Shown: positions 46,505-56,527, counted from the first letter of the stretch. The stretch is DNA of 64,000 nt from Desulfobacterales bacterium (GCA_963668645.2 CAXXWC010000018.1:192001-256000), one strand, 5' to 3'. The notes: generated by a model not told the origin, from the sequence alone. Program-made: numbers and translations.

Positions 46505-48214
46505 ATGCAACTCGAATCTCTGATTCAAGCGGCCCGGGGAAAGATCCCCTGCGATCTGCTGCTGACCGGTGCCAGAATCATCAATGTCTTCAACGGCCGA
46601 ATTTTTTCCGGCAGCATCGCCGTTCACGGCGGGGCCATCGCGGCCCTGGACGCGCGGCCGGCCCGCAAGGTGGTGGACCTGGAAGGCCGCTGGGTGGCTC
46701 CGGGTTTTATCGACGCCCATGTGCACCTCGAAAGCGCCATGACCGTGCCGGTCCAGTTCGCCCGGGCCGTGCTGCCCCGGGGCACGACCACGGTGGTGGC
46801 CGATCCCCATGAGATCGCCAACGTCCTGGGAACCGCGGGGATCGACTATATCCTGGCCGCCAGTGATGGGCTGCCCCTGCAATGTTTTTTTGCTCTGTCG
46901 TCCTGCGTGCCGGCCACCGGCCTGGAGACCGCCGGTGCGCGGCTCGGGCCCGCCGAGCTGGCACCGTACTGGTCCCATCCGCGCATCGCGGCCCTGGCCG
47001 AGATGATGGATTTTCCCGGAGTCCTGGCGGCCGACGGGGAGGTGCTGGCCAAGATCGCGGCCGCCGAGTCGCGCGGCAAACCGGTGGACGGGCACGCTCC
47101 GGGTCTTGGCGGGCCGGGGCTAGCGGCTTACGTGGCGGCCGGGATCGGCAGCGACCACGAGTGCACCCGGGCCGACGAAGCCCGTGAAAAGCTGGCCGCC
47201 GGGATGCGCATCATGATCCGCGAGGGGACCGGGGCCAAGAACCTCGACGACCTGCTGCCCATCGTGAGCGATGTCAACTGGCACCGGATCATGTGGTGCA
47301 CGGACGACCGCCATCCCCACGACCTGATCACCGAAGGGCACATCGACGCCATGGTGCGCCGGGCCGTGGCCGCGGGCCAGGATCCGGTGCGTGCCATTCA
47401 GATGGCGACCCTCACGGCGGCCGAGTATTTTGGCCTGCGCCGCTGTGGGGCACTGGCTCCAGGCCGCCGGGCCGACCTGGTGGTGATAGACGATCTGGAC
47501 ACGATCCGCATCGATTCGGTCTGGGCCGGAGGGCGGCAGGTATCGGCCGGAAATGAGATGATCCTGGCCGATGGGCAAACGGCCGGCCCGGCAGCCCCCA
47601 CAGTCATGCGTCTGGACCCTGCCGCCCTGGGCCTGGCCGTGCCGGCGGCCGGAGAACAAATTCGGGTCATCGAGCTGGTGCCCGGCCAGATCCTCACCGG
47701 TAACGGCCGGGCCAGGGCGTGCATCCGGGCAGGCCTTGCCACGGCCGATCCGGCCCGGGATCTGCTCAAACTGATAGTTGTGGATCGTTACAGCGGCCGC
47801 GGGCGGACAGGGATCGGGTTCGTGCGCGGCTTCGGTATGGATCGGGGCGCCCTGGCTTCCAGCGTGGCCCACGATTCACACAATATCATCGCCGTGGGGG
47901 GCGACGATGCTGACTTGAAGGCCGCGGTGGCTGGTGTGGTCGAAATGGGCGGCGGATTGACCGCTGCGGCCGGCGGCCGGATCCGGGCAAAACTTCCCCT
48001 TCCGGTGGCCGGGCTGATGAGCCTGGAGCCGGTGGATGCGGTGCGCCGGGGCCTGGATCGGCTCAACACGGTCTACCGGGAACTGGGCGGGCGGCTGAGC
48101 GATCCTTTCATGACGCTGTCCTTTCTGGCCCTACCGGTGATCCCGGAACTCAAACTCACCGACCAGGGGCTGGTGGACGTGAACCGCTTTACATTCGTCC
48201 CGCTCTTTGTCTGA
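46505..48214 (+). CDS. ade: Adenine deaminase
   Basis: PGFIDAHVHLES, DPHEIANV, DGHAPG, SDHEC, IREG, CTDDRHP, SVAHDSHN, PFMTLSFLALPVIPELKLTD. Confidence 0.95.
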   Translation: MQLESLIQAARGKIPCDLLLTGARIINVFNGRIFSGSIAVHGGAIAALDARPARKVVDLEGRWVAPGFIDAHVHLESAMTVPVQFARAVLPRGTTTVVADPHEIANVLGTAGIDYILAASDGLPLQCFFALSSCVPATGLETAGARLGPAELAPYWSHPRIAALAEMMDFPGVLAADGEVLAKIAAAESRGKPVDGHAPGLGGPGLAAYVAAGIGSDHECTRADEAREKLAAGMRIMIREGTGAKNLDDLLPIVSDVNWHRIMWCTDDRHPHDLITEGHIDAMVRRAVAAGQDPVRAIQMATLTAAEYFGLRRCGALAPGRRADLVVIDDLDTIRIDSVWAGGRQVSAGNEMILADGQTAGPAAPTVMRLDPAALGLAVPAAGEQIRVIELVPGQILTGNGRARACIRAGLATADPARDLLKLIVVDRYSGRGRTGIGFVRGFGMDRGALASSVAHDSHNIIAVGGDDADLKAAVAGVVEMGGGLTAAAGGRIRAKLPLPVAGLMSLEPVDAVRRGLDRLNTVYRELGGRLSDPFMTLSFLALPVIPELKLTDQGLVDVNRFTFVPLFV

Positions 48215-48231
48215 ATTTTCCGATGCCAGGG

Positions 48232-48591
48232 TCAGAGGCTGATCACGGCGGCGTCACAGGCCAAGTGGATCAGTTCCGAGGCCGCTCCGAAGCGGGCGCC
48301 TTCGATCAGGTCCGACTCGGCGATGCGCCGGGCCTTGGCACACGGGGTACAGACGATGATGGGCACTTCGTGGGCCTGGAGGTAGGCAATCATGTCGTCG
48401 GCGATGTCGCCGGTGGCTGCGCGCAGGTTGTCCGCCAGACCTTCTCTGGCCAGGTAGACCGCCTCGTCGAGCAGGAATACGGAGACCTTTTTGCCCTCCT
48501 TGTGGGCTACGGTGGCCAGGTGGAAGGCGCGGGTGGCGCGATTGGGATTGTTGGTGCCGCAGCTCAGGGCGATAACGACGTTGTCGGTCAT
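48232..48591 (-). CDS. DsrE-family protein
   Basis: VSVFLLDEAVYL and VCTPCAKAR motifs; 119 aa. Confidence 0.8.
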   Translation of the reverse strand: MTDNVVIALSCGTNNPNRATRAFHLATVAHKEGKKVSVFLLDEAVYLAREGLADNLRAATGDIADDMIAYLQAHEVPIIVCTPCAKARRIAESDLIEGARFGAASELIHLACDAAVISL

Positions 48592-48761
48592 GAGAGTGCC
48601 TCCCTTGGGTGATGGGTGGTGGTGAATCTGAAATTCAATCGCCGAACGATAAGTCTACCTGCAAAGCCGGGTGTTGCGCAATATCGGGTTTGACAGTCGG
48701 TTCCAGTTGTGCTTTCTGAAAGGCCGCTTTTATTTATCCATCCCTGCCAGAGGAAAACCCC

Positions 48762-49859
48762 ATGCCCGATGCAACTCATCCGACCCGCCCCATCTGGTTT
48801 AATGCAGAGACCGCAACGGTTCAGGTTATCGACCAGCGCCGACTGCCCCACCGCCTGGTGGTGATGGACCTGCCCAGCGTTGATACGGTCATCTACGCCA
48901 TCGCGGAAATGGTGGTGCGCGGCGCCCCCCTGATCGGGGTCACGGCAGCCTACGGGGTTTATGTGGCCTGCGCCGTGGCCGACGATATCGACGATTCCCG
49001 GCTCAAGACCGAGGCGGCCCGCATCAAGGCGGCCCGCCCCACCGCCGTCAATCTGGCCTGGGCCGTGGACCGGGTCCTGGAACAGCTGCTGGCCACGCCG
49101 CCGGCCGAGCGCCGGACCCGGGCACTGGCCATTGCCGGGGAGATCGCCGAAGAAGAAGCCTCCAACTGCCGCCGGATCGGTCTTCACGGTCTTCCCGTGA
49201 TCCGGAAAATCGCCGAGACAAAAAACGGCGCACCGGTCAACATCCTGACCCACTGCAACGCGGGCTGGCTGGCCTGCGTCGAATACGGTACGGCTACGGC
49301 CCCGGTCTATGCCGCGGCCGAGGCAGGCATTGCGGTGCATGTATGGGTGGATGAGACCCGTCCGCTGAACCAGGGCGCACGCCTGACAGCCTGGGAGCTG
49401 GAGCGGCGCGGCGTCCCCCACACGGTGATCGTCGACAACGCCGGGGGCCACCTCATGCAGCACGGCCGGGTCGATCTGGTGATCGTGGGTACGGACCGGA
49501 CCACCGCCACCGGGGACGTGGCCAACAAGATCGGCACTTATCTGAAGGCCCTGGCGGCCCGGGACAACGAGGTTCCCTTTTACGTGGCCCTGCCCTCGAG
49601 CACTTTCGACTGGGATTTGAGCGATGGCATCGCCCAGATCCCCATCGAGGACCGCGATCCGGACGAGGTGCGTTTTGTCCAGGGGCTAGCCGAGAACCGG
49701 GTGGTGCAGGTGCTGGTGCCCCCGGCCCAAAGTCCGGCGCTCAACCCGGCCTTCGACGTCACACCCGCCCGGCTGGTGACCGGTTTTATCACCGAGCGCG
49801 GGATCTGCGGAGCCACGGCCGGGGAGATCCGGCAACTGTTCCCGGAAATAGGGGCCTGA
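48762..49859 (+). CDS. mtnA: Methylthioribose-1-phosphate isomerase
   Basis: IDQRRLP, MVVRGAPLIG, ARPTAVNL, LTHCNAGWLA, DETRP.NQGARLTAWEL, GDVANKIGTY, NPAFDVTP. Confidence 0.95.
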   Translation: MPDATHPTRPIWFNAETATVQVIDQRRLPHRLVVMDLPSVDTVIYAIAEMVVRGAPLIGVTAAYGVYVACAVADDIDDSRLKTEAARIKAARPTAVNLAWAVDRVLEQLLATPPAERRTRALAIAGEIAEEEASNCRRIGLHGLPVIRKIAETKNGAPVNILTHCNAGWLACVEYGTATAPVYAAAEAGIAVHVWVDETRPLNQGARLTAWELERRGVPHTVIVDNAGGHLMQHGRVDLVIVGTDRTTATGDVANKIGTYLKALAARDNEVPFYVALPSSTFDWDLSDGIAQIPIEDRDPDEVRFVQGLAENRVVQVLVPPAQSPALNPAFDVTPARLVTGFITERGICGATAGEIRQLFPEIGA

Positions 49860-49910
49860 AATCGGCGGGAACTTGATTTTCAAATCCGTTTACCGTTTAA
49901 TGGCCAGACC

Positions 49911-50384
49911 ATGCTGAGCGAACTTGAAAAACGGGTCATCGCCTCGATCCAGGGAGATCTGCCGGTCACCGAACGGCCTTACCTGGAAATCGCCGAACGC
50001 CTGGGTATCACGGAGGCGAGACTGATCGAGGTGCTTCATGCACTTTGCCACCGGGGGGTGATTCGCCGCTTCGGGGCGACGTTGAGGCACCAGAAGTCCG
50101 GTTTTGCCGCCAACGCCATGGGTGCCTGGAAGGTGCCCGAGTTGCGGGTGGAAGAGGTGGGTGCTTGCATGGCCGACTCGCCTCATGTCTCCCACTGCTA
50201 CCGGCGTGATCCGGGCGATGGCTGGCCTTACAACCTGTACACCATGATCCACGGGACGGACCGATCCGGCGTGGAGGCCGTCGCCGCCGATCTTTCCAGC
50301 CAGACCGGGATCGCGGAGTACCGCCTGCTCTTCAGTCGCCACGAGCTGAAAAAGACATCCATGCGTTACTTTTCCGAATCTTGA
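49911..50384 (+). CDS. ahbB: Siroheme decarboxylase beta subunit (AhbB/NirH family, Lrp/AsnC-like)
   Basis: QGDLPV..RPY, IRRFGATLRH..GF.ANAM..W, VSHCYRR...WPYNLYTMIH, ELKKTSMRYF. Confidence 0.85.
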   Translation: MLSELEKRVIASIQGDLPVTERPYLEIAERLGITEARLIEVLHALCHRGVIRRFGATLRHQKSGFAANAMGAWKVPELRVEEVGACMADSPHVSHCYRRDPGDGWPYNLYTMIHGTDRSGVEAVAADLSSQTGIAEYRLLFSRHELKKTSMRYFSES

Positions 50385-51724
50385 GACCGGCTCCCGCCCA
50401 CATCCTGCTCGTCAATCCCTGGATCCACGATTTTGCCGCCTACGACTTCTGGGCCCGGCCTTACGGCCTGCTGCTGCTGGCGGCCATCTTGCGCCTTCAC
50501 GATTTTCGCGTTACCTACCTCGATTGCCTGGACCGTTTTCATCCACGCGCCGCAAACCGAACCGGGCCTTTGCGCCACGGCCGGGGGCCGTACCTCAAGA
50601 CTCCCATCGCCAAGCCGGCAGGTCTGGCCGACGTCCCACGCACTTTTTCACGCTATGGGATTCCGGTGGAATGGTTGCGCTGCGACCTGGAGGGTGTTGA
50701 ACGGCCGGACCTGATTCTGGTTACCGGGTTGATGACTTATTGGGCCTCCGGGGTAGCCGAAACCATCGCCGAGCTGCGCCGGGCCTTTCCAAAGACACCC
50801 ATCGTCCTGGGCGGGGTCTATGCCACCCTGTGCCCGGATCACGCACGGCAATTTTCAGGCGCCGACCGGGTGGTGACCGGCCCCGGGGAAAAGACCGTGC
50901 TCGAACTGGCGGCCGAGGTCACCGGGTACCGGCCCGAGCTGCGCTTTAACCCGGAGGATCTGGATACCCATCCTTTTCCGGCTCTCGACCTGCAGCGCCG
51001 GATTCCCTTCATGCCCCTGCTTACGGTGCGCGGGTGCCCGTACCGCTGTGCCTACTGCGCCTCTTCGCGGCTGGCCCCGCTGCGCCGGCGCCAATCCGTG
51101 GCCCGGGTCCTGGCCGAGATCGAGCATTGGCACGGCCGCTGCGGGGTGCGCGATTTCGCCTTTTACGACGACGCGTTGCTGGTGGACCCCGATGTGCATG
51201 CCCGGCCGCTTTTCGAGGCCATCGCCGCTGCCGGTCTGGGCCTTCACCTGCACACGCCCAACGCCCTGCATATCCGATGCATCGATGCGCCGCTGGCCCG
51301 GGTAATGCGGCGTGCCGGGATGCAGACGGTGCGCCTGGGCCTGGAGACCACCGATTTCGAAGGCCGCCGGGGCCTGGATGCCAAGGTGACGGCCGAGGAG
51401 TTCCGGCAGGCTGCGGCTTATCTAAGGGAGGCGGGATTTTCAGCCGGCCAGCTCGGGGCCTATCTGCTGGTGGGGCTTCCCGGCCAGTCCATGGCTGCCG
51501 TGGAAGCGGCCGTGCGCACGGTCCGTGAGGCCGGGATCACCCCGATTCCCGCCTATTACAGCCCCATCCCAGGCACGGCCCTGTGGCCCGCTGCGCGGGC
51601 CGCTTCGCGCTACGACCTGGAGGCCGATCCGGTGTTTACCAACAACGCCGTCTGGCCCTGCAGCCCGAAGGGATTCGACTGGCAGACCCTGACCCGGATC
51701 AAGCGGCTCTGCGTAAAAGGATAG
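50381..51724 (+). CDS. B12-binding-domain radical SAM protein
   Basis: ILLVNPWIHDFAAYD.W..P.GLL, IVLGGVYATL, RGCPYRCAYC, FYDDALL. Confidence 0.85.
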   Translation: MRPAPAHILLVNPWIHDFAAYDFWARPYGLLLLAAILRLHDFRVTYLDCLDRFHPRAANRTGPLRHGRGPYLKTPIAKPAGLADVPRTFSRYGIPVEWLRCDLEGVERPDLILVTGLMTYWASGVAETIAELRRAFPKTPIVLGGVYATLCPDHARQFSGADRVVTGPGEKTVLELAAEVTGYRPELRFNPEDLDTHPFPALDLQRRIPFMPLLTVRGCPYRCAYCASSRLAPLRRRQSVARVLAEIEHWHGRCGVRDFAFYDDALLVDPDVHARPLFEAIAAAGLGLHLHTPNALHIRCIDAPLARVMRRAGMQTVRLGLETTDFEGRRGLDAKVTAEEFRQAAAYLREAGFSAGQLGAYLLVGLPGQSMAAVEAAVRTVREAGITPIPAYYSPIPGTALWPAARAASRYDLEADPVFTNNAVWPCSPKGFDWQTLTRIKRLCVKG

Positions 51725-51761
51725 GGTCTCGCGCCGAGACGCGGGGCACATCCTTTTAAGG

Positions 51762-51845
51762 CGTCATTCCGAGGAGCTTGCGACGAGAATCTGCAGTTGG
51801 GCAAAGCGTCGGGAAAACAGCGTCAATCAGGATGAGATCCCTCGC
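51762..51845. repeat. REP-like palindromic element family
   Basis: GTCATTCCGAGGAG...GAGAATCT...GAGATCCCTCG; related half-elements near 45686-45745 and 56472-56501 (GATYCCTCG...GGATGAC), 54099-54125 and 54208-54233. Confidence 0.5.
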
Positions 51846-52036
51846 TGGCTGGATCCAACGTTAACCAGAAGTGCTATGTCATAACCAAGAACGGATGCTT
51901 ATCATTTTTGTTAAGTTTGTGTTCCACTTTCAGGCCACCGGTATTGATGCACTTCAGTCGCCCACAGATGCCAGGATCAGCTTTGAGGCAGCTAGTGACA
52001 CTGTGTAATCCGCAAAGTCGGGGCTATAACGACCGG

Positions 52037-52291
52037 TCAGTAGTGATATCTCAGTTGAGCAACAAGAACTGCATCCTCTGAAACCTTGTAAACGAATCTA
52101 TGTTCGTCGCTTATCCGCCTGGACCAGTAGCCGGAAAGCGCATGTTTCAGAGGTTCAGGTTTGCCGAGCCCCTCAAAGGGATTACGTTTCGTTTCTTTAA
52201 TGAGGGTGTTGATGCGGTGAAGGATTTTTTTATCCGTTTTTTGCCAATAGATGTAATCGTCCCAGGCATGGTCGGAGAAAATGAGCTTCAC
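52037..52291 (-). CDS. yoeB: Txe/YoeB-family toxin
   Basis: AWDDYIYWQ.TDKK..RIN.LI...R.PFEGLGKPEPLKH.LSGYWSRRI.DEHR.VY. Confidence 0.95.
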   Translation of the reverse strand: MKLIFSDHAWDDYIYWQKTDKKILHRINTLIKETKRNPFEGLGKPEPLKHALSGYWSRRISDEHRFVYKVSEDAVLVAQLRYHY

Positions 52292-52539
52292 TCCACAAGC
52301 TCCTTTTCGTTTCCCTTACCATTTTCAAGTTGGGCGATGGATTCAATCAGCCGCCTTGTATTTTTCGGTGACCGCAACAGGTATGCTGTTTCTTCAAGGG
52401 CTTCAAAGTCCTCGAGAGACATGATCACTACGGATTCCGACGATTTCCGTGTCACAATGATCGGAGCGCGGTTTTTGCAAACTTTTTCCATTGTTTTTGC
52501 AAGGTTTTGCCTCGCTGCGGTGTAGGTTATGGCTTCCAT
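52288..52539 (-). CDS. yefM: Phd/YefM-family antitoxin
   Basis: ITYTAARQNLAKTM..V...PII.TR...VVIMSLED..ALEETAYLLRSP.N; RBS GGAGG. Confidence 0.95.
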   Translation of the reverse strand: MEAITYTAARQNLAKTMEKVCKNRAPIIVTRKSSESVVIMSLEDFEALEETAYLLRSPKNTRRLIESIAQLENGKGNEKELVE

Positions 52540-52551
52540 TGCGGCACCTCC

Positions 52552-52569
52552 TGTACAAGTTATTGTACA
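52552..52569. promoter_or_regulatory. YefM operator
   Basis: Two TGTACA palindromes 12 bp apart, the arrangement known for yefM-yoeB autoregulation. Confidence 0.75.
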
Positions 52570-52665
52570 TATATAGAGCCATTCGTCAACACATTTTAGG
52601 CCCAACCCCTCTCATGGAGCTGACGGGGTTGACCACGTGTCTCCACATGTGTCTCTATATGTTAT

Positions 52666-53139
52666 TCAAGCTCCAGACCCGCCCCTGACCTTGACGCCGG
52701 TCTCCCCATCTTTCCGCAGGCATTGCTGGCACAGCCCATCCAGGCGCACCTCGACGCGCTCGATCCGGCCGGCAAAGGTGCGCATCAGGTCGGTCACTTC
52801 CAATTGCAGGTCGCCGGCATGAATGCACTCCAGTTGCCCGCACTGGCGGCAGTGGAAATGGGGGTGTGAGGGGTGGTTGGCATTTGGGGCCAGTCCATAG
52901 AAGAATCGGCGTTCGCCTGCACTGAGCCGATCGACCAGTCCGTTTTGCACCAGAATATCAAGGATGCGATACACCGTCACCCGGTTGATCGGTCCTTGCC
53001 GCCGCAAAATGGCCAGGATGTCGCGGGGGCTCAGGGGCTTGTCGTTGTTGCCGATCGCTTCCAGCACGTGCACGCGGTTGGGGGTAGGGGACAGGCCGGC
53101 ATCGCGCAGCATCTTCTCGTAGTCGCAGTGGCGGCACAT
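52666..53139 (-). CDS. zur: Fur-family regulator, likely Zur
   Basis: GL..TPNR..VL, NRVTVYRILD, HPHFHCRQCG, C-terminal CQQC; last gene of the znu operon. Confidence 0.8.
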   Translation of the reverse strand: MCRHCDYEKMLRDAGLSPTPNRVHVLEAIGNNDKPLSPRDILAILRRQGPINRVTVYRILDILVQNGLVDRLSAGERRFFYGLAPNANHPSHPHFHCRQCGQLECIHAGDLQLEVTDLMRTFAGRIERVEVRLDGLCQQCLRKDGETGVKVRGGSGA

Positions 53140-53149
53140 GGGCGCCTCC

Positions 53150-54019
53150 TTATTCGGTTGAGGCCGGCAGGGTCTGTACGTCCGGGCTATGGTTATGTGC
53201 GCCCGCGCGGCGCCGCCTGCCTATGAGCTGCGAAAGGCCCAGGGCCGTGAAAAAGCCGACCCCGGCCACCAGGATGATGGCCGCGCCCGAACTCAGGTTG
53301 AAGCGGTACGCCAGCCCCATGCCTGCCAGGGTGAAAAGGGCGCTCAGGCCGCAGGCATGGATCATCATGGTCTTGAGCGATCCGGAGAACCGTTCGGCGA
53401 TGTACGGCGGGATGGTCATCAGGGCGATGACCAGGATCAGCCCGACGATGCGGATGACCACTACCACCGTGACGGCGATGAGTGCCAACAGCAGAAAGTG
53501 CAAGGCGGTGACCGGCACCCCGCGCACGCGGGCGAATTCCTCGTCATAGGCCATGGCCAGAAGGTCCGGGTAGCACCAGCCCACCACAGCCAGCACGACG
53601 ACGGTCAGCACCGCCATCTGGACCAGTTCGGCGCCGGGAACGACCAGGATGCTGCCGAACAGGTAACTCATCAGATCGACGTTGTAACCCGGGGTCAGAT
53701 CGAGCAGAACCACCCCGACGGCCATGCCCACGGCCCAGATAACCCCAATAATGGTATCGGCCCGGTGGCGGGCCTTCAGGGTGACCGCTGCCATGATCAG
53801 GGCGGCGGTCAAGGCGAAGCCCAGGGTCCCCACCAGGTAGGGCCAGCCGCAGAAAAAGGCCAATCCGATCCCTCCGTAGGCCGCGTGGGCGATGCCGCCG
53901 GAAATGAACACGATGCGGTTGACCACCACCAGCGAGCCGATGACCCCGCAGATGACGCTGGCCATCAGGCCGGCGAGCAAGGCGTTGCGCATGAATTCGA
54001 ATTGCAGGATATCGAGCAT
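53150..54019 (-). CDS. znuB: Zinc ABC transporter permease
   Basis: FMRNALLAG, GGIAHAAYGG, LMSYLFGSIL, YDEEFA..RG, IRIVGLILVIAL. Confidence 0.85.
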   Translation of the reverse strand: MLDILQFEFMRNALLAGLMASVICGVIGSLVVVNRIVFISGGIAHAAYGGIGLAFFCGWPYLVGTLGFALTAALIMAAVTLKARHRADTIIGVIWAVGMAVGVVLLDLTPGYNVDLMSYLFGSILVVPGAELVQMAVLTVVVLAVVGWCYPDLLAMAYDEEFARVRGVPVTALHFLLLALIAVTVVVVIRIVGLILVIALMTIPPYIAERFSGSLKTMMIHACGLSALFTLAGMGLAYRFNLSSGAAIILVAGVGFFTALGLSQLIGRRRRAGAHNHSPDVQTLPASTE

Positions 54020-54259
54020 TGTGTTCAATGCCTTTGTAAAAATCCTGCAATTGGCCTTTGGGCACATGCAGGGATTTTTTTGCCTGTTGGAATAAAATGG
54101 ATTCCGGATCGAGTCCGGAATGACGTAAAGGCGGTGTTTGGCATTTTTAAGATTTTACCAAGTTTTTAAGGGCTACGTTTTCGGGTTTCGCAACCGGCCC
54201 CAGTTCCTTCATTCCTGCGAAAGCAGAAATCCATGTCCATTTTCTCTTGTTCTCCCCCG

Positions 54260-55024
54260 TCAATGTGCCGGCAGCACCCGATGCGGCAGACCGTGGGCCA
54301 CCAGCTCCACCGGGCACTGGTACAGATCCAGCATTGCCCCGGTGATTTCCGGCTGGGGATGGTAGTGGACCCGCCGGTTGACGCAGGCCACCGATTTGAC
54401 ATAGCTCGAAAGGGTCATGAAGTCGTGGCTCACCAAAACGATGGTCACCGTCTGATTGAGCCGGCGCAGGTCTTCGAAAAAGTCGGTCTGCCCCTGGGGG
54501 TCGATGCTGGCGGTGGGTTCGTCCAGAAAAAGCAGCTCCGGGTCGTCCACCAGGGCCCGGGCGATAAAGACCCGCTGGCGCTGGCCGCCGGAAAGGGTTC
54601 CGACACGCCGCTGGCCCAAATCGCCCATGTTCACACGGTCCAGGGCTGCCAGGGCCGCCCGGCGGTCACGGGCCGTGAGGCGGTGCCGGCTCTGCCCCGG
54701 CCGGCGGACGCCCATCAAAACCACATCCAGGGCCGTGACCGGGAAGTCCTTGTTGACATGCACGTTCTGGGGCACGTAGCCCACCCGGCGGGTCGATTGA
54801 CGCGGCGACCGGCCGAAGATGCGGATCTCGCCGTGATCCGGGGCCAGCAGGCCGAGCATCAGCTTGAGCAGGGTCGTCTTGCCTCCGCCGTTGGGGCCGA
54901 TGAGGGCCAAGAATTCACCGGCCGCAACTTCAAAGCCCACATCCTGGAGAACCGGCTGGCCGTTGTAGGCAAAATAGACCCTGTTCAGTGAGATGACGGT
55001 GTTGTTATTGATGCTGTTCGGCAT
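54260..55024 (-). CDS. znuC: Zinc ABC transporter ATPase
   Basis: GPNGGGKTT, GYVPQ, LSGGQRQRV.IARAL, LDEPT, VSHD, HG..HRVL..H tail. Confidence 0.85.
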   Translation of the reverse strand: MPNSINNNTVISLNRVYFAYNGQPVLQDVGFEVAAGEFLALIGPNGGGKTTLLKLMLGLLAPDHGEIRIFGRSPRQSTRRVGYVPQNVHVNKDFPVTALDVVLMGVRRPGQSRHRLTARDRRAALAALDRVNMGDLGQRRVGTLSGGQRQRVFIARALVDDPELLFLDEPTASIDPQGQTDFFEDLRRLNQTVTIVLVSHDFMTLSSYVKSVACVNRRVHYHPQPEITGAMLDLYQCPVELVAHGLPHRVLPAH

Positions 55025-55037
55025 TGTTACCGGTTTC

Positions 55038-55187
55038 GCGAGTGTCCATCCATAAACGGCACCTTTCGGCCCCCGGCGGCGTTCTCCCTCGTCTCCAATC
55101 CTCGAAATAGCGGGCTATTGCTCCGGCTGGAAACTCGCTCGGGCCTTGCCGGAAACCAAAAATCACCATTTATGGACGGACACTCGC
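55038..55187. mobile_element. MITE-like element of about 150 bp between znuA and znuC
   Basis: Terminal inverted repeats GCGAGTGTCCATCCATAAA and TTTATGGACGGACACTCGC (18/19 match); ends resemble the element at 19185. Confidence 0.7.
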
Positions 55188-55312
55188 TATGTTGAGATGG
55201 CTTGTCGCAAGCGCCATGGGCCGCTTACTTGGCCACAAAGACACCAGGGAGAAAATAAATGACATAAAATTTTAATGGCACCGCTCATAAATAGCGGTCC
55301 GGGTCGCGCCGG

Positions 55313-56227
55313 TTACCGTAGCGCCTCGCGGAACGCCGCCGCCTGGCGGCGCAGATTGGCAATCCAGTCCTCGGCCAGCGGATCGGCGGCCACCACCCGG
55401 CCGTCGATGGCCCGGGCAACGGTCCGGGCTGCCGTATCGGAAAACTGGGGCTGTACGAAGATGACCCGGATGTTTTTTGCCTTGGCAGCCTTAATCAGTT
55501 CGGCGAGTTGGGCCGGTTTGGGGCTTTTGCCCTCGATTTCGATGGGGATCTGTTCCAGATCGTAGGCGTCGGCGAAATAGCCCCAGGCCGGGTGAAAGAC
55601 CATGAAGGCCATGCCATGGCGATCCTGGAAGATTTCATGCAGTTCGGTGTCGAGGGTTTCGATGTCGGCCGCAAAGGCCTTGTAGTTGGCGGTGTAAATC
55701 GCGCGGCCGGCCGGATCGGCGGCGATCAGCGCATCACGGATTCTTGTCGCCTGCATCTTGACCAGGGGCGGCGACGTCCAGATGTGCGGGTCGAGGATGC
55801 CGTGATCGTGTTCCACTTCTGAATGTTGTGTTTCCTCTTCATGGTGATGCTCCCCGATGGGCCGCTTCTGGATACCCTGGTGGGTCTTAATGATCTGCAT
55901 TTTCGGATTGGCCGCGGCGATCTTGCCGAGCCAGGCCGTCTCGAAGGGGACGCCCACGGCAAAATACAACCGCGCTTGGGCCAGAGCGGCCATCTGGTTC
56001 GGTTTGGGCTCGTAAGTGGCCGGGCTGGCTCCCGGGGCCACCATGACCTGCACCGTCACCCGCGATCCGCCGACCCGTTCGACGAAATACTTCTGGGGGG
56101 CGATGCTGACAAAAGCGGTCAGGGGGGTGGCGGCTGCGGAACCCACCGCAATCAGCGCACCCACCGGGGCGATCATGGCCAGGATCAGGGCCAATCGGCT
56201 CCAAATCGATATGGGATGGCGAAACAT
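55313..56227 (-). CDS. znuA: Zinc ABC transporter substrate-binding protein
   Basis: Signal peptide, SPATYEPKP, His-rich loop, DPHIWTSP, FHPAWGYFA, IE.EGK.P.P. Confidence 0.9.
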   Translation of the reverse strand: MFRHPISIWSRLALILAMIAPVGALIAVGSAAATPLTAFVSIAPQKYFVERVGGSRVTVQVMVAPGASPATYEPKPNQMAALAQARLYFAVGVPFETAWLGKIAAANPKMQIIKTHQGIQKRPIGEHHHEEETQHSEVEHDHGILDPHIWTSPPLVKMQATRIRDALIAADPAGRAIYTANYKAFAADIETLDTELHEIFQDRHGMAFMVFHPAWGYFADAYDLEQIPIEIEGKSPKPAQLAELIKAAKAKNIRVIFVQPQFSDTAARTVARAIDGRVVAADPLAEDWIANLRRQAAAFREALR

Positions 56228-56324
56228 GGAAATCCTCCTTTTAAAAACAATCGGCTGTCATGCAGAAAAGCCAGTACGGTTTTTTCGGTCCAAGGGCCGG
56301 GATTACCGAGCGGCGATGGGGTTA

Positions 56325-56341
56325 GTGCAACTTTGTTGCTT
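56325..56341. promoter_or_regulatory. Putative Zur box
   Basis: GCAAC-TTT-GTTGC palindrome about 100 nt upstream of znuA, resembling the deltaproteobacterial Zur motif as I recall it. Confidence 0.6.
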
Positions 56342-56527
56342 ATAGGGACGGGCACGGCCTTTGTCAAGCAGGAGGGGTGCTTTCACAAGGCCCGTCAAAA
56401 TTCTGCGATGAATTCATCGAGAGGGATTTTTTCTGTTTGGGAATTTTTGTTTCGTCGATTTTTCTGAATGCTGATTCCTCGTCGTGCCTCCTCTGGATGA
56501 CGCAGAAGGGGATGCGCCAAGAGCCGC

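Noticed and set aside
52666..56227. ABC transporter as the missing btuFCD or a cobalt importer
   Set aside because: Motifs are ZnuA/B/C-type with a Fur-family gene and Zur-like box; no B12 element adjacent.
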